Assembly: GCA_903893545.1 (NCBI GenBank) | Contig: CAITMJ010000009.1 | Coordinates: forward strand, 217,853 to 281,852 | Length of the DNA: 64,000 nucleotides | Reading direction: 5' to 3' | DNA from: an uncultured Chlamydiae bacterium | Lineage (GTDB): Bacteria > Chlamydiota > Chlamydiia > Chlamydiales > SM23-39 | Shown here: positions 18,840 to 26,983 of the stretch, piece after piece | Layout of the letters: the number at the start of each line of letters is the position of its first letter | How positions within the stretch are numbered: the stretch's first letter is position 1 | Program-made: the position numbers and the translations under genes | The notes under the pieces: generated by a model | The model's database searches: none | The model's input: the letters and a program-made list of their open reading frames with translations, nothing else | Told to the model about the DNA's origin: nothing

Positions 18840-20101
18840 GTTTTCTCTCTAAAGTACGCAATGAGTTCTCCACTTTTCTCCCTTCTGAAAAGCGATTTTT
18901 CTTCTTTATTCTCTTTGTCGCCTTTTGTGTCGCTGCAGAGTATGGGATCACAAGGCCTGCCAGTAACGCCCTTTGCATCACCCTCTTCTCCTCTAAAATC
19001 TTTCCCTGGCTCTGGATTGCCACAGTACCCTTAAACCTCCTGGTCGTCTCCTTTTACACCCGGTTTTTACCCTCTATCGGCCCCTTAAAAATGCTCGGGA
19101 TCTTGGCCTCAATAACCGTCGCAGTCAATACCCTAGCCTCCTTTCTTATCCCCACATTTCCCAATTTCACCCTCTTTCAATTCATCTGGAAAGATATCTA
19201 CGTCCTTTTCATGTACAAACAGCTCTGGTCCCTTGTCCATTCGACCATTAGCGCGTCTAAAGCAAAATACCTCTATGGCATCATCTATGCGATGGGGACC
19301 GTTGGGACCCTTACCGGTGGCCTATTGCCTAGTTTTTTTGCCAAGAAACTGGGCTCCGAGCAGCTTTTTTTATTCACCCTTCCCATCTACATCCTTCTCT
19401 TTCTCTTCTACCGAAAAGCGTTCCAGCATAGCACTGTCTCAGCTCAAGGACTCGCACAAAGTTTCCCTCAAGAAAAACCCGGCAAACTCGGTCCCATATT
19501 TCGAACTCCGCTTCTCTTCTCCGTTCTAGCGCTCGTGATCCTCATGCAATCTTCCATCGCCCTTATCGAATATCAATTCAACATCCACATCGAACAACAT
19601 GTGACCGATTTAGACCTTCGCACGCAGTACGTTGGACGGATGCTCTCTTTGACAAACATCTTGAGCGGCGGTCTCCAATTTGTCGGATCATTTCTCCTCA
19701 TCCACACCCTCGGCATTCGAGGCAGCCACCTCCTCATCCCGCTTCTTCTCCTAGTCAACGCAGCGGGGATGGCTTTTATGCCCTCTTTTGCCCTCATTTC
19801 CTTTTCCATCGTCTTTATCAAAGCAATCGATTTTTCCCTCTTCGGGGTCGTCCGAGAAATGCTCTATATCCCGATGAAACTCGACGAAAAGTTCCGGGCA
19901 AAAGCCGTTATCGACGTCTTTGCCTACCGCACCTCCAAAGCGCTCGCCTCCCTCTTTATCCTAGGGCTACAGCTCTTTGCCGGCATGCAGCTTCTCGCCT
20001 GGGTCAGCTACGCCACCGTTGCGATCCTCATCCTCTGGGCCAGCGTCGTCTGGTTCCTCCTCCGAAAGCACTATCCTGCGCCGGCAAAATTAATAGATTG
20101 A
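18836..20101 (+). CDS. NTT/TLC family nucleotide transporter (divergent)
   Basis: ATGA overlap with the HD gene; multi-TM; REMLYIP..EKFRAKAVIDV..YR motif. Confidence 0.8.
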   Translation: MSFLSKVRNEFSTFLPSEKRFFFFILFVAFCVAAEYGITRPASNALCITLFSSKIFPWLWIATVPLNLLVVSFYTRFLPSIGPLKMLGILASITVAVNTLASFLIPTFPNFTLFQFIWKDIYVLFMYKQLWSLVHSTISASKAKYLYGIIYAMGTVGTLTGGLLPSFFAKKLGSEQLFLFTLPIYILLFLFYRKAFQHSTVSAQGLAQSFPQEKPGKLGPIFRTPLLFSVLALVILMQSSIALIEYQFNIHIEQHVTDLDLRTQYVGRMLSLTNILSGGLQFVGSFLLIHTLGIRGSHLLIPLLLLVNAAGMAFMPSFALISFSIVFIKAIDFSLFGVVREMLYIPMKLDEKFRAKAVIDVFAYRTSKALASLFILGLQLFAGMQLLAWVSYATVAILILWASVVWFLLRKHYPAPAKLID

Positions 20102-20184
20102 TAATCAGCAGCTTACGCTAACCCTTAGACAAAGCGTGGCTCGGAGGATACAATTCTAACCCGAGTGATGGGGGACATGACCTT

Positions 20185-20601
20185 ATGATCTTAATACAAT
20201 CAATGCATGCGAGTGAATGTGGTAAAGATTGTATAAACTGCCCAATCTTGTTTCCTTCCGGCACCATAAATAGTTTAACAATGTTCAATCTTCTTACTGG
20301 GCAGGAACCGAATTTTACTCTCGTTGGGCATAATCCGGTACATCTGCAGACCCATGGTGAAGCTGGGGATTTTGCGCATAATCTGACAGCTTTAGACTTG
20401 CAAAAGTGGAGAGAAGATTCGAGACGTTTTTTTACGAATGCTTCCAATAGCACGGCCCAGAATGAGCCTTTGCAGGAAATCCAACCCATTATCGCCACTC
20501 CAACGAATAGTAGCTCACGAGTTGCCATTACGGCTTCTGTGATTGCGTTGGCATCAGCGATGATCCTAGAGGGTCTTCGTCAGTATTATTATCCGCGCTG
20601 A
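20185..20601 (+). CDS. Hypothetical protein with C-terminal TM anchor
   Basis: 138-aa ORF; Cys cluster near N-terminus; terminal hydrophobic helix. Confidence 0.45.
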   Translation: MILIQSMHASECGKDCINCPILFPSGTINSLTMFNLLTGQEPNFTLVGHNPVHLQTHGEAGDFAHNLTALDLQKWREDSRRFFTNASNSTAQNEPLQEIQPIIATPTNSSSRVAITASVIALASAMILEGLRQYYYPR

Positions 20602-21485
20602 GAATAATGGATTTCTGGTCCTTCATAGTCCGGCTGAGAAATTCTCTTCTGGATTTCCTCTAAAACAGAAGGCGAAAACTCGCACTCCTTTGCGACGACA
20701 GAACAGTTTTTACTCAAGGTAAAAATTTCTTCCGGAAGGGAGGTAATCGGGTTGCGGGATATGTCGAATACTTGCAGATTTTTACATTGGCCAATCTCGC
20801 GTGGGATAGAGGTAATCTTATTGCCACCTAAAAAAAGACATTCCAGTTTTTTAAGCTTGCCAATATTAGAAGTGATTGATTTGAGCTGATTGTTGTTCAG
20901 TTTGAGCACTCGAAGCTCTATACAGTTGCCTATCGTTTCAGGCATAGAGGAAATCTGTTTTTCAAATGCAGAAATCACTTCCAAATCCCTGCAATCGCCG
21001 ATCTGAGAGGGCAGCGCAGTAAGCTTAGGTTTGTCGAGATAATGCTGGGAAGCCTCCATTTCGGTTAAGCCAGAGACTCTGGGATAATTATCTACTTGAA
21101 AAAAAAGATGAGTCCATCTGTTTTTATAGGAAACCACCATGTTTTTCATTTCCTCTAACCGAAGGTTGTATTCAGGACTCTCTTTTTTCTCATCGCACCA
21201 ATTCTGAAGGCCTGTCAGGAAGGGAGACTGTTGATAATACGAACGGTGCAATCCTACGCAAATGGCATAGCCGATAGTAAGGAGAGCGGCAGAGATCAAA
21301 TAATAATTTGTAACAAGGCCTACAATAATGGGAATGACTATGATGTGAATTTTGGAATCGAGAGGACGGCTTGTATCTGGAATCAATGAGTGTAGAAAAT
21401 TTTCTCTATTTCCTTGTACTGCTATCACAAAGCCATCCTTCTGGTTAGGTCCAGATATTCTACCATAAGCGATGGTTTTATACAA
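20589..21485 (-). CDS. Leucine-rich repeat protein with N-terminal TM segments
   Basis: ~5 23-aa LRRs (e.g. LRVLKLNNNQLKSITSNIGKL). Confidence 0.85.
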   Translation of the reverse strand: MYKTIAYGRISGPNQKDGFVIAVQGNRENFLHSLIPDTSRPLDSKIHIIVIPIIVGLVTNYYLISAALLTIGYAICVGLHRSYYQQSPFLTGLQNWCDEKKESPEYNLRLEEMKNMVVSYKNRWTHLFFQVDNYPRVSGLTEMEASQHYLDKPKLTALPSQIGDCRDLEVISAFEKQISSMPETIGNCIELRVLKLNNNQLKSITSNIGKLKKLECLFLGGNKITSIPREIGQCKNLQVFDISRNPITSLPEEIFTLSKNCSVVAKECEFSPSVLEEIQKRISQPDYEGPEIHYSQRG

Positions 21486-21510
21486 ATATTACAGTAAATT
21501 AAATATTTCT

Positions 21511-22002
21511 TTATAAAAACTTCTGAAACATTTGATAATTCGGCTCCTGGGTAATTTCCGGCACGAGTTCTACATAGATAACGCAATCTTTTTCATCGAG
21601 AATGAATACCGATCTGGCGAGTAAGCCCGCCAAAGGTCCATCTTGGACAAGAAGGCCGTAGGCTTTTCCAAAGTCTTTATTTCTCATCATCGAAAGAGTC
21701 AATACGTTGCGAACGCTTTCCTGTTCGCAGAAGCGTTTTTGTGCGAAGGGAAGGTCTGCTGAGATGGTCAAAAAGAGTTGGTTGGGATGCTTTTTGGCCA
21801 GCTCGTTCATGTGCTTGGTCATGGTGGAGCAGACACCGGTGTCAAGGCTTGGAACCGTGGAGAAAAGCTTCTTCTTTCCATGAAATTCTGCCAAATGGCG
21901 ATCGTTTAAATCTTTGTCGACAAGAGTAAATTCGGGCGCTTTTGCATGTAGGGCGAGGGGAGAGCCGGTAAGATGAATCGGTTTGCCTTTAAAAGTGACC
22001 AT
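21511..22002 (-). CDS. tpx: Thiol peroxidase
   Basis: PSLDTGVC, SADLPFAQKRFC, LARSVFI. Confidence 0.95.
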   Translation of the reverse strand: MVTFKGKPIHLTGSPLALHAKAPEFTLVDKDLNDRHLAEFHGKKKLFSTVPSLDTGVCSTMTKHMNELAKKHPNQLFLTISADLPFAQKRFCEQESVRNVLTLSMMRNKDFGKAYGLLVQDGPLAGLLARSVFILDEKDCVIYVELVPEITQEPNYQMFQKFL

Positions 22003-22011
22003 AGGAACCTC

Positions 22012-22746
22012 TTAAAATATTTGTTTTTGAGCGATTCCACAATACCCTGAAAGAAGTGAGCGAGTAAAGCGAAAGGAAAAATTAGGCGGAACGGTTCTTG
22101 AAAGGAGCATTTTCAATGTGGCAAAGGAAAAGATTTTCGGAGCGAGACCTACCCAGTGGATAGGTTTTAGTTTGTAGGCTTCAAGATGATCTTGGAGTTC
22201 TTTCGGCCGGATGAAGAGAGGATAGACGTGTAAGTTCGGGGGCGTGTTTTTCACAAACCACTCCATGCCTTTAATGACGGTGAGATAACTGAAGACATTC
22301 CGGTTAAAGGTATGGAAGAAGAAAAGTCCTCCCGGTTTTAAAACTCTTGCCCCTTCTGCGATGAGGAGGTTGGGCTCTTCGATGTGCTCCAAGACGTCCA
22401 TGGCGCAGACGACATCGAAGGAGTCTTTTGGGAAGGGGAGGGAGTAGGCATTGGCTTGGAGGTATTGGACAGTGTCGGTAGAGTCTTGTTTTTTTGCCAC
22501 CGCTAAGCTCGACTCGGAAAGGTCGATCCCTGTGACGGTGTGCCCCATTTTTGCCAGCGGGTTGGAGAGAAAGCCAGCTCCACATCCGATATCGAGGATA
22601 GAGACTTGTTTTGCGATTCTTTGCTCAATTTCTTGGATGACCCAAGGGGTGCGAACGGCATTTTCTCTTCGGAGAAGTGCGACCGGGTGGTCGAGGCGAT
22701 GGATCCACTCGTCTCCGAGATCATTGTAGAATTCATTGTTGATCAT
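22012..22746 (-). CDS. UbiG-like SAM-dependent O-methyltransferase
   Basis: ILDIGCGAGFLS, FDVVCAMDVLEH, FHTFNRN. Confidence 0.85.
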   Translation of the reverse strand: MINNEFYNDLGDEWIHRLDHPVALLRRENAVRTPWVIQEIEQRIAKQVSILDIGCGAGFLSNPLAKMGHTVTGIDLSESSLAVAKKQDSTDTVQYLQANAYSLPFPKDSFDVVCAMDVLEHIEEPNLLIAEGARVLKPGGLFFFHTFNRNVFSYLTVIKGMEWFVKNTPPNLHVYPLFIRPKELQDHLEAYKLKPIHWVGLAPKIFSFATLKMLLSRTVPPNFSFRFTRSLLSGYCGIAQKQIF

Positions 22747-23239
22747 GCAAGCTCTCTTTCCAAAGGACGTTCCAAAAAATGATCTGATAAAAAAGAAAGG
22801 CGCTCATCGCTGCAAATTGCCCATAGAGAAAGAGGTGGAGCGCTTCGGGATTATTTAGCCAAGAAAAGATCCAGCTCTCCACTTGGACGCCTTGAACAAC
22901 TGGCCACATAAAACCGGCTGCAGTCAAGGTGATCGGATGGAGCGTAAATAGCACGGCATGGAGCCACTGCTCTGAAGCGGGGCAAACTTCCTTGTGGACG
23001 AACTCATCTTTTGTGACAAAAAGGGTCGAAAATACCGCGAGGACAATGTAGGTGATGAGCATGGCTTTTGAAAAGGGGACCCAAAGGACAAAGCCCATGC
23101 AGCAAAGAACGGTGAGAGTGTCGAGAGGGTGGCCGATCCGCTCCCACTTGGGAAGGCCCCGCCGCACATGAAAAACTGCCTCATCAAAGAAAATCGCCAG
23201 AGCTTGGAGAACAAAAGGAATTAATGCTGTGTACCACAT
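22733..23239 (-). CDS. Membrane protein with conserved-looking His/Asp/Glu motifs, in PKS operon
   Basis: FDE..FHVRRGLPKWERIGHP, KDEFVH, EQWLHA; ~5 TM. Confidence 0.75.
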   Translation of the reverse strand: MWYTALIPFVLQALAIFFDEAVFHVRRGLPKWERIGHPLDTLTVLCCMGFVLWVPFSKAMLITYIVLAVFSTLFVTKDEFVHKEVCPASEQWLHAVLFTLHPITLTAAGFMWPVVQGVQVESWIFSWLNNPEALHLFLYGQFAAMSAFLFYQIIFWNVLWKESLHDQQ

Positions 23240-24339
23240 TGCATTTCTAAAATAGAGCCGCAGATACTAAGACCGGGACCAAAGGCAAGGCTGACAATGG
23301 GAGTTTTGTTAGGAGCTTCTTCGATCATATCCTTCCAGATGTGCGGCAGGGTTGCTGATGACATGTTGCCACATTTCTCTAAGATTTGGAAGCTGTGTTT
23401 TATTTGAGAATCTTTTAGACCTAGAATCTCCTGCACATACATTAAGATTTTCGGGCCGCCTGGATGCACGGCAAAGAGGGCATTTTTGCAAAGCTCTTCT
23501 GCTGTCCATGGACTATCTTTAGAGAGCCTCTCCAAAAAGCCTTTGAGAGTTCTTGCGATAAGGACAGGGACTTCTTTCGATAAGGACATGGCAAAGCCCC
23601 AGTTGACGACATCCCAGCTCATCGCCGATATTGAATTGGGGATGATCTCTTCGCGGGTCGCATGGAGACAAATGCCTTCTTTTGTGTATCCCATGCTGTA
23701 CTTGATAAATCCATCGGCAAAAAGGCTTTGCGATACGAGCTGATCGGAAGTGTGCAGGGAAGGATTGGCGTGGATCGAGCAGATTTCTGTATGAACGATA
23801 TCGGCCCGAGTTTTTTTAGGGGAGGAGAGCAGAAAGCCCTTGGCCATCCGAAGGGCGGGGATCGAACCGTAGCATCCCATGTGGTAGGCGTGGGTGACGG
23901 TTGTCGTTTCTCCCCAGTTTTTCTTCGAGACGAGTTTTTGTGCGCTACTTGGAGCGACATACCCTGTGCAGGTGACGTGAATGAGATCATCCGGAGCTAT
24001 TTTTTCATCTGCATAAAACTCCTCAAGCACCCGGTCAGCGTGTTTTGCATAGAGGGCGACCCTCGTATCAAGACCTAATCCGGCTGGATTTTCAAGCAGG
24101 CGGAAAATTTCCATCCTGCTCCAGTCCCGATGGAGATAGTCAGTTGAGATATGCCCTCTTTTTGCAATGCGATCGGGTTTGCAGCCGACTTTCCAAAGCT
24201 TTTCTTCTAAGGCTTTTGCAAATTCTGGCGAGCCACCTTCTGCTTGCGAATGAGCCGCGACGAGCCATTGGAGGGTATTTTCCTGCAACGTCTCAAACGG
24301 GGGGCGAATCGAGTGAAAATCAGAGAGAAGGAGATTCAT
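23221..24339 (-). CDS. Type III polyketide synthase (chalcone synthase-like)
   Basis: Catalytic Cys (HMGCYG), His (HPGG) and Asn (GNMSS); LFADG; AFGPGL; start uncertain (24339-24378). Confidence 0.9.
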   Translation of the reverse strand: MNLLLSDFHSIRPPFETLQENTLQWLVAAHSQAEGGSPEFAKALEEKLWKVGCKPDRIAKRGHISTDYLHRDWSRMEIFRLLENPAGLGLDTRVALYAKHADRVLEEFYADEKIAPDDLIHVTCTGYVAPSSAQKLVSKKNWGETTTVTHAYHMGCYGSIPALRMAKGFLLSSPKKTRADIVHTEICSIHANPSLHTSDQLVSQSLFADGFIKYSMGYTKEGICLHATREEIIPNSISAMSWDVVNWGFAMSLSKEVPVLIARTLKGFLERLSKDSPWTAEELCKNALFAVHPGGPKILMYVQEILGLKDSQIKHSFQILEKCGNMSSATLPHIWKDMIEEAPNKTPIVSLAFGPGLSICGSILEMQCGTQH

Positions 24340-24390
24340 TTTGCGTTCCATTTTGCAAATAAATTGGAAATAGTGCAATGAAAAGAAATT

Positions 24391-24582
24391 ATGAGAAGAT
24401 TGTTTTGGCTCCTGGTTTTAATGGGTTCATATCTCTGGGTTCTGACCTCGGGGAACGACCATTTTGTCCTTGAAAAAGGGCAGGCGATTTACCAAACGGT
24501 TGCAAAATGGATCGAAGATGCCGATGCCGATTTTCAGCTAAAGAACTCCAAGTCAAAGAAAAAATCCCGCCGTTGGGATTAA
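24391..24582 (+). CDS. Small membrane-anchored hypothetical protein
   Basis: 63 aa; N-terminal hydrophobic stretch, basic tail. Confidence 0.55.
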   Translation: MRRLFWLLVLMGSYLWVLTSGNDHFVLEKGQAIYQTVAKWIEDADADFQLKNSKSKKKSRRWD

Positions 24583-25124
24583 TAACCGATTTGATGGGAG
24601 GAGCGGAATCTTTCCCAAATATAGATCACTGAATGATTGGGAACATATTCTGCGTGCTTTCTATAAATAGGTTTTTCAAGGGCTTCATTCTTCCATGCGG
24701 TAATTGCATAGAGCGGGCCTGTCTGTCCCATGGGGGTCACTTTTTCTTTTTGTAAAAGCGTTAACCCAAGAGGGGTTGTGATCGCTTCTATTACCTTGCT
24801 AAAGTCGCCGGAAGTACTGCCTAAAATCATCCAACGTCCATAAGGGGTGTGGATTGCTGTGGGCGCCATATAAGAAAGTTCTAAGACGAGTCCTGTTTCT
24901 GTTTGATTGTAAAAGTAATTTGGCCCGTCGTTAAAATAGCTCTTATAATTGGACCATGGTTTTTCGTTATCGTCGCTGCAAGTAGTCACATGCGTGTGGA
25001 TGTATCGGCCGATTTGGTACGCTTTTTCTAACAAGGCAAAATCGTTGGCATTTGCAAAAATCGAACTCACTGACATTGAAGTCTCCATCGATAGACTTTT
25101 CAAAGCATACACAACGGGATTCAT
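24579..25124 (-). CDS. Hypothetical protein
   Basis: 181-aa ORF filling the gap; start may be at 25088. Confidence 0.55.
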   Translation of the reverse strand: MNPVVYALKSLSMETSMSVSSIFANANDFALLEKAYQIGRYIHTHVTTCSDDNEKPWSNYKSYFNDGPNYFYNQTETGLVLELSYMAPTAIHTPYGRWMILGSTSGDFSKVIEAITTPLGLTLLQKEKVTPMGQTGPLYAITAWKNEALEKPIYRKHAEYVPNHSVIYIWERFRSSHQIGY

Positions 25125-25178
25125 GTTGACAATGCCAGAGCTCTTCGAGTATTCGGAAGGAAAAGAAGAGAATCTCCG

Positions 25179-25817
25179 ATGACCAAATGGCTATACCTCT
25201 CGTTGACCCTAGTGATTTTGCAGGGATGCGCGACGAGCGGCGCTCTAAAGACCTATGGCATGGCCGAGCAAAACGTGAGCAATCTCGGTCTTGTCGCCGT
25301 TGGAATGGGGGAGGCCCAGGTGATCTGCATCATGCGGGATCCGTATCGAGGGGAGTCTTTTCAAATCTTTGATGACCAATACGATGTGCTCTTCTACGTA
25401 ACCAATTTCACGCTCCTGGCCCAGAGCCGCATGGTGCCTTTGAACCTCACCCCGCTGATCTTCAAGAATAAAACCCTAGTTGGGATGGGCTACTCCTACT
25501 ACCGCTGGCTACAAGAACAGGCGGGAAGTAAAAAGACGGCCTTAGTCCCTCAGCCAACTGCTCCGATTCCTACATCTGCTCCTGCCCCAAAATCGGAACC
25601 CCTCGAAAAGGCTCTCAAAGAAGCAACCTCCTTTGAACCGCCTGCTCCAGTGCAAGAAATGACGATTTCAATGAGCTCTCCTAAAAAGACAGACAAAGAC
25701 TCAGAAGAGCCTCCGCCAGCCCCGCCTCAAGACAAAAAAGAGCCAGATATCAAAATCAACGACAAAGACAACCAGATGATCGAAGACGAGTCTGATCAAA
25801 ACTTCAATTTTTGGTAA
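25179..25817 (+). CDS. Lipoprotein, DUF3192/BamE-like N-domain with Pro/acidic tail
   Basis: Lipobox LQGC; VGMGEAQV..IMRDP, VLFYVT, TPLIFKN..LVG.G. Confidence 0.7.
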   Translation: MTKWLYLSLTLVILQGCATSGALKTYGMAEQNVSNLGLVAVGMGEAQVICIMRDPYRGESFQIFDDQYDVLFYVTNFTLLAQSRMVPLNLTPLIFKNKTLVGMGYSYYRWLQEQAGSKKTALVPQPTAPIPTSAPAPKSEPLEKALKEATSFEPPAPVQEMTISMSSPKKTDKDSEEPPPAPPQDKKEPDIKINDKDNQMIEDESDQNFNFW

Positions 25818-25876
25818 TTGATCTATTTTCCCTTAAAATGCCATAGTAGCCCTCCTTTTAACCAAAAGAGGTTGTT

Positions 25877-26404
25877 ATGAGCGTGAATTTAAAAGTTTCC
25901 ATTGCAAAGGGGACTATCCCGTCCATGGATGGTTACGAGTCGATCCGTTGTTCAATCTGCCTACTTAAGTTTCAAGAAGGGGATAGGGTCTTAGGTCATA
26001 ATGCAGTCCAAAATTATGGAATGCATGTTTTTGACAGAGATTGCCTAACCAAATGGCTAAAAGACCACAGGACTTGCCCATCCTGTAGGATTTCATTCAA
26101 TCTGGATGTGCCGAGGTCAGATTTAAAAAATTGGAATTTTACCCTTATCTCAGAGGCAAGTTTCCCTTCTCCAGTGTCTACTCCCTCAGAGTCTCAAGAG
26201 GAAATCGTTTCGCAGGGAGGGGCCGATCTCCATAGACTTGCCAGAAATAGAGCCTCTTTTCCGAACTTAATCGAATTGGAAGACAATCTTGAGCAGTTTG
26301 AATTAAGAGCGGCTTCAGCGCCATCGATGCGGGAGCTGGAAATCATGAAATATACAGAACAGGCCGATAGGATCTTATCCAGAAAGAACTCGAAGAAGCG
26401 GTAG
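25877..26404 (+). CDS. Eukaryotic-like RING-H2-variant zinc-finger protein (putative E3 ligase)
   Basis: CSIC..GH..HVFDRDCLTKWL..CPSCR; GAGG SD. Confidence 0.8.
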   Translation: MSVNLKVSIAKGTIPSMDGYESIRCSICLLKFQEGDRVLGHNAVQNYGMHVFDRDCLTKWLKDHRTCPSCRISFNLDVPRSDLKNWNFTLISEASFPSPVSTPSESQEEIVSQGGADLHRLARNRASFPNLIELEDNLEQFELRAASAPSMRELEIMKYTEQADRILSRKNSKKR

Positions 26405-26437
26405 TCGACTTGGGGCCCCCGGCCCCGGTCTATTTGA

Positions 26438-26465
26438 ACGTCTGATAATACATGTTATGTTGAGT
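26438..26465 (+). other. dif-like XerC/XerD recombination site
   Basis: ACGTCTGATAA-TACATG-TTATGTTGAGT: 11-6-11 layout; right arm 9/11 to E. coli XerD arm TTATGTTAAAT; intergenic. Confidence 0.75.
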
Positions 26466-26536
26466 TCTCTGGGTTTATCTTGATTCTTTATCGGCAGCGC
26501 TTTAGGATTTTTCCCCTTCAACCATAGGAGTCAAAA

Positions 26537-26929
26537 ATGGCCGCAACCACCAGTTCCAGCTATACCACCTACGTTCCCGGAATACCTCTTCAGGAGCAGT
26601 TAGAATCTCTCTCTAAACCAACCCCTATTGTCACCATGGTATTCGGCGCTCCTTTTAAAACGGGCGAGGTAAAATTTAAACCGCTGAAAGTGAATGAACA
26701 ACTATTAGATCTCACGTTGACGCTGGGATCCGGTATTGGATGCTCAGAAGAAAATCGAACGGTCGTTTATGACAAATACACTTTTACTATCAAGGGCAAT
26801 GATTTTGATTTAAGCGACATTCCTGACAATAAAATGGAACAAGTTATGGAAGTTTTCACACAAGAACAAAAGGTGGAAAACATTAAAAACAGAATACTCC
26901 TGATTAGAGATCAGGCTAGCGAGAAATAA
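26537..26929 (+). CDS. Hypothetical protein, Ser/Thr-rich N-terminus
   Basis: AGGAG SD; 130 aa; MAATTSSSYTT. Confidence 0.65.
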   Translation: MAATTSSSYTTYVPGIPLQEQLESLSKPTPIVTMVFGAPFKTGEVKFKPLKVNEQLLDLTLTLGSGIGCSEENRTVVYDKYTFTIKGNDFDLSDIPDNKMEQVMEVFTQEQKVENIKNRILLIRDQASEK

Positions 26930-26983
26930 CACGCCTAAAATTCCACTATCCAGAAACTTAACTCCTGGCTATACTCTTCGCTT

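Noticed and set aside
22012-22746. ubiG as evidence of ubiquinone synthesis
   Set aside because: No other ubi genes in the window; it is coupled to the type III PKS, so the gene symbol was withheld
26930-26983. TrpR operator upstream of the tyrP/mtr-like permease
   Set aside because: No GTAAT-N8-ATTAC-like sequence found there
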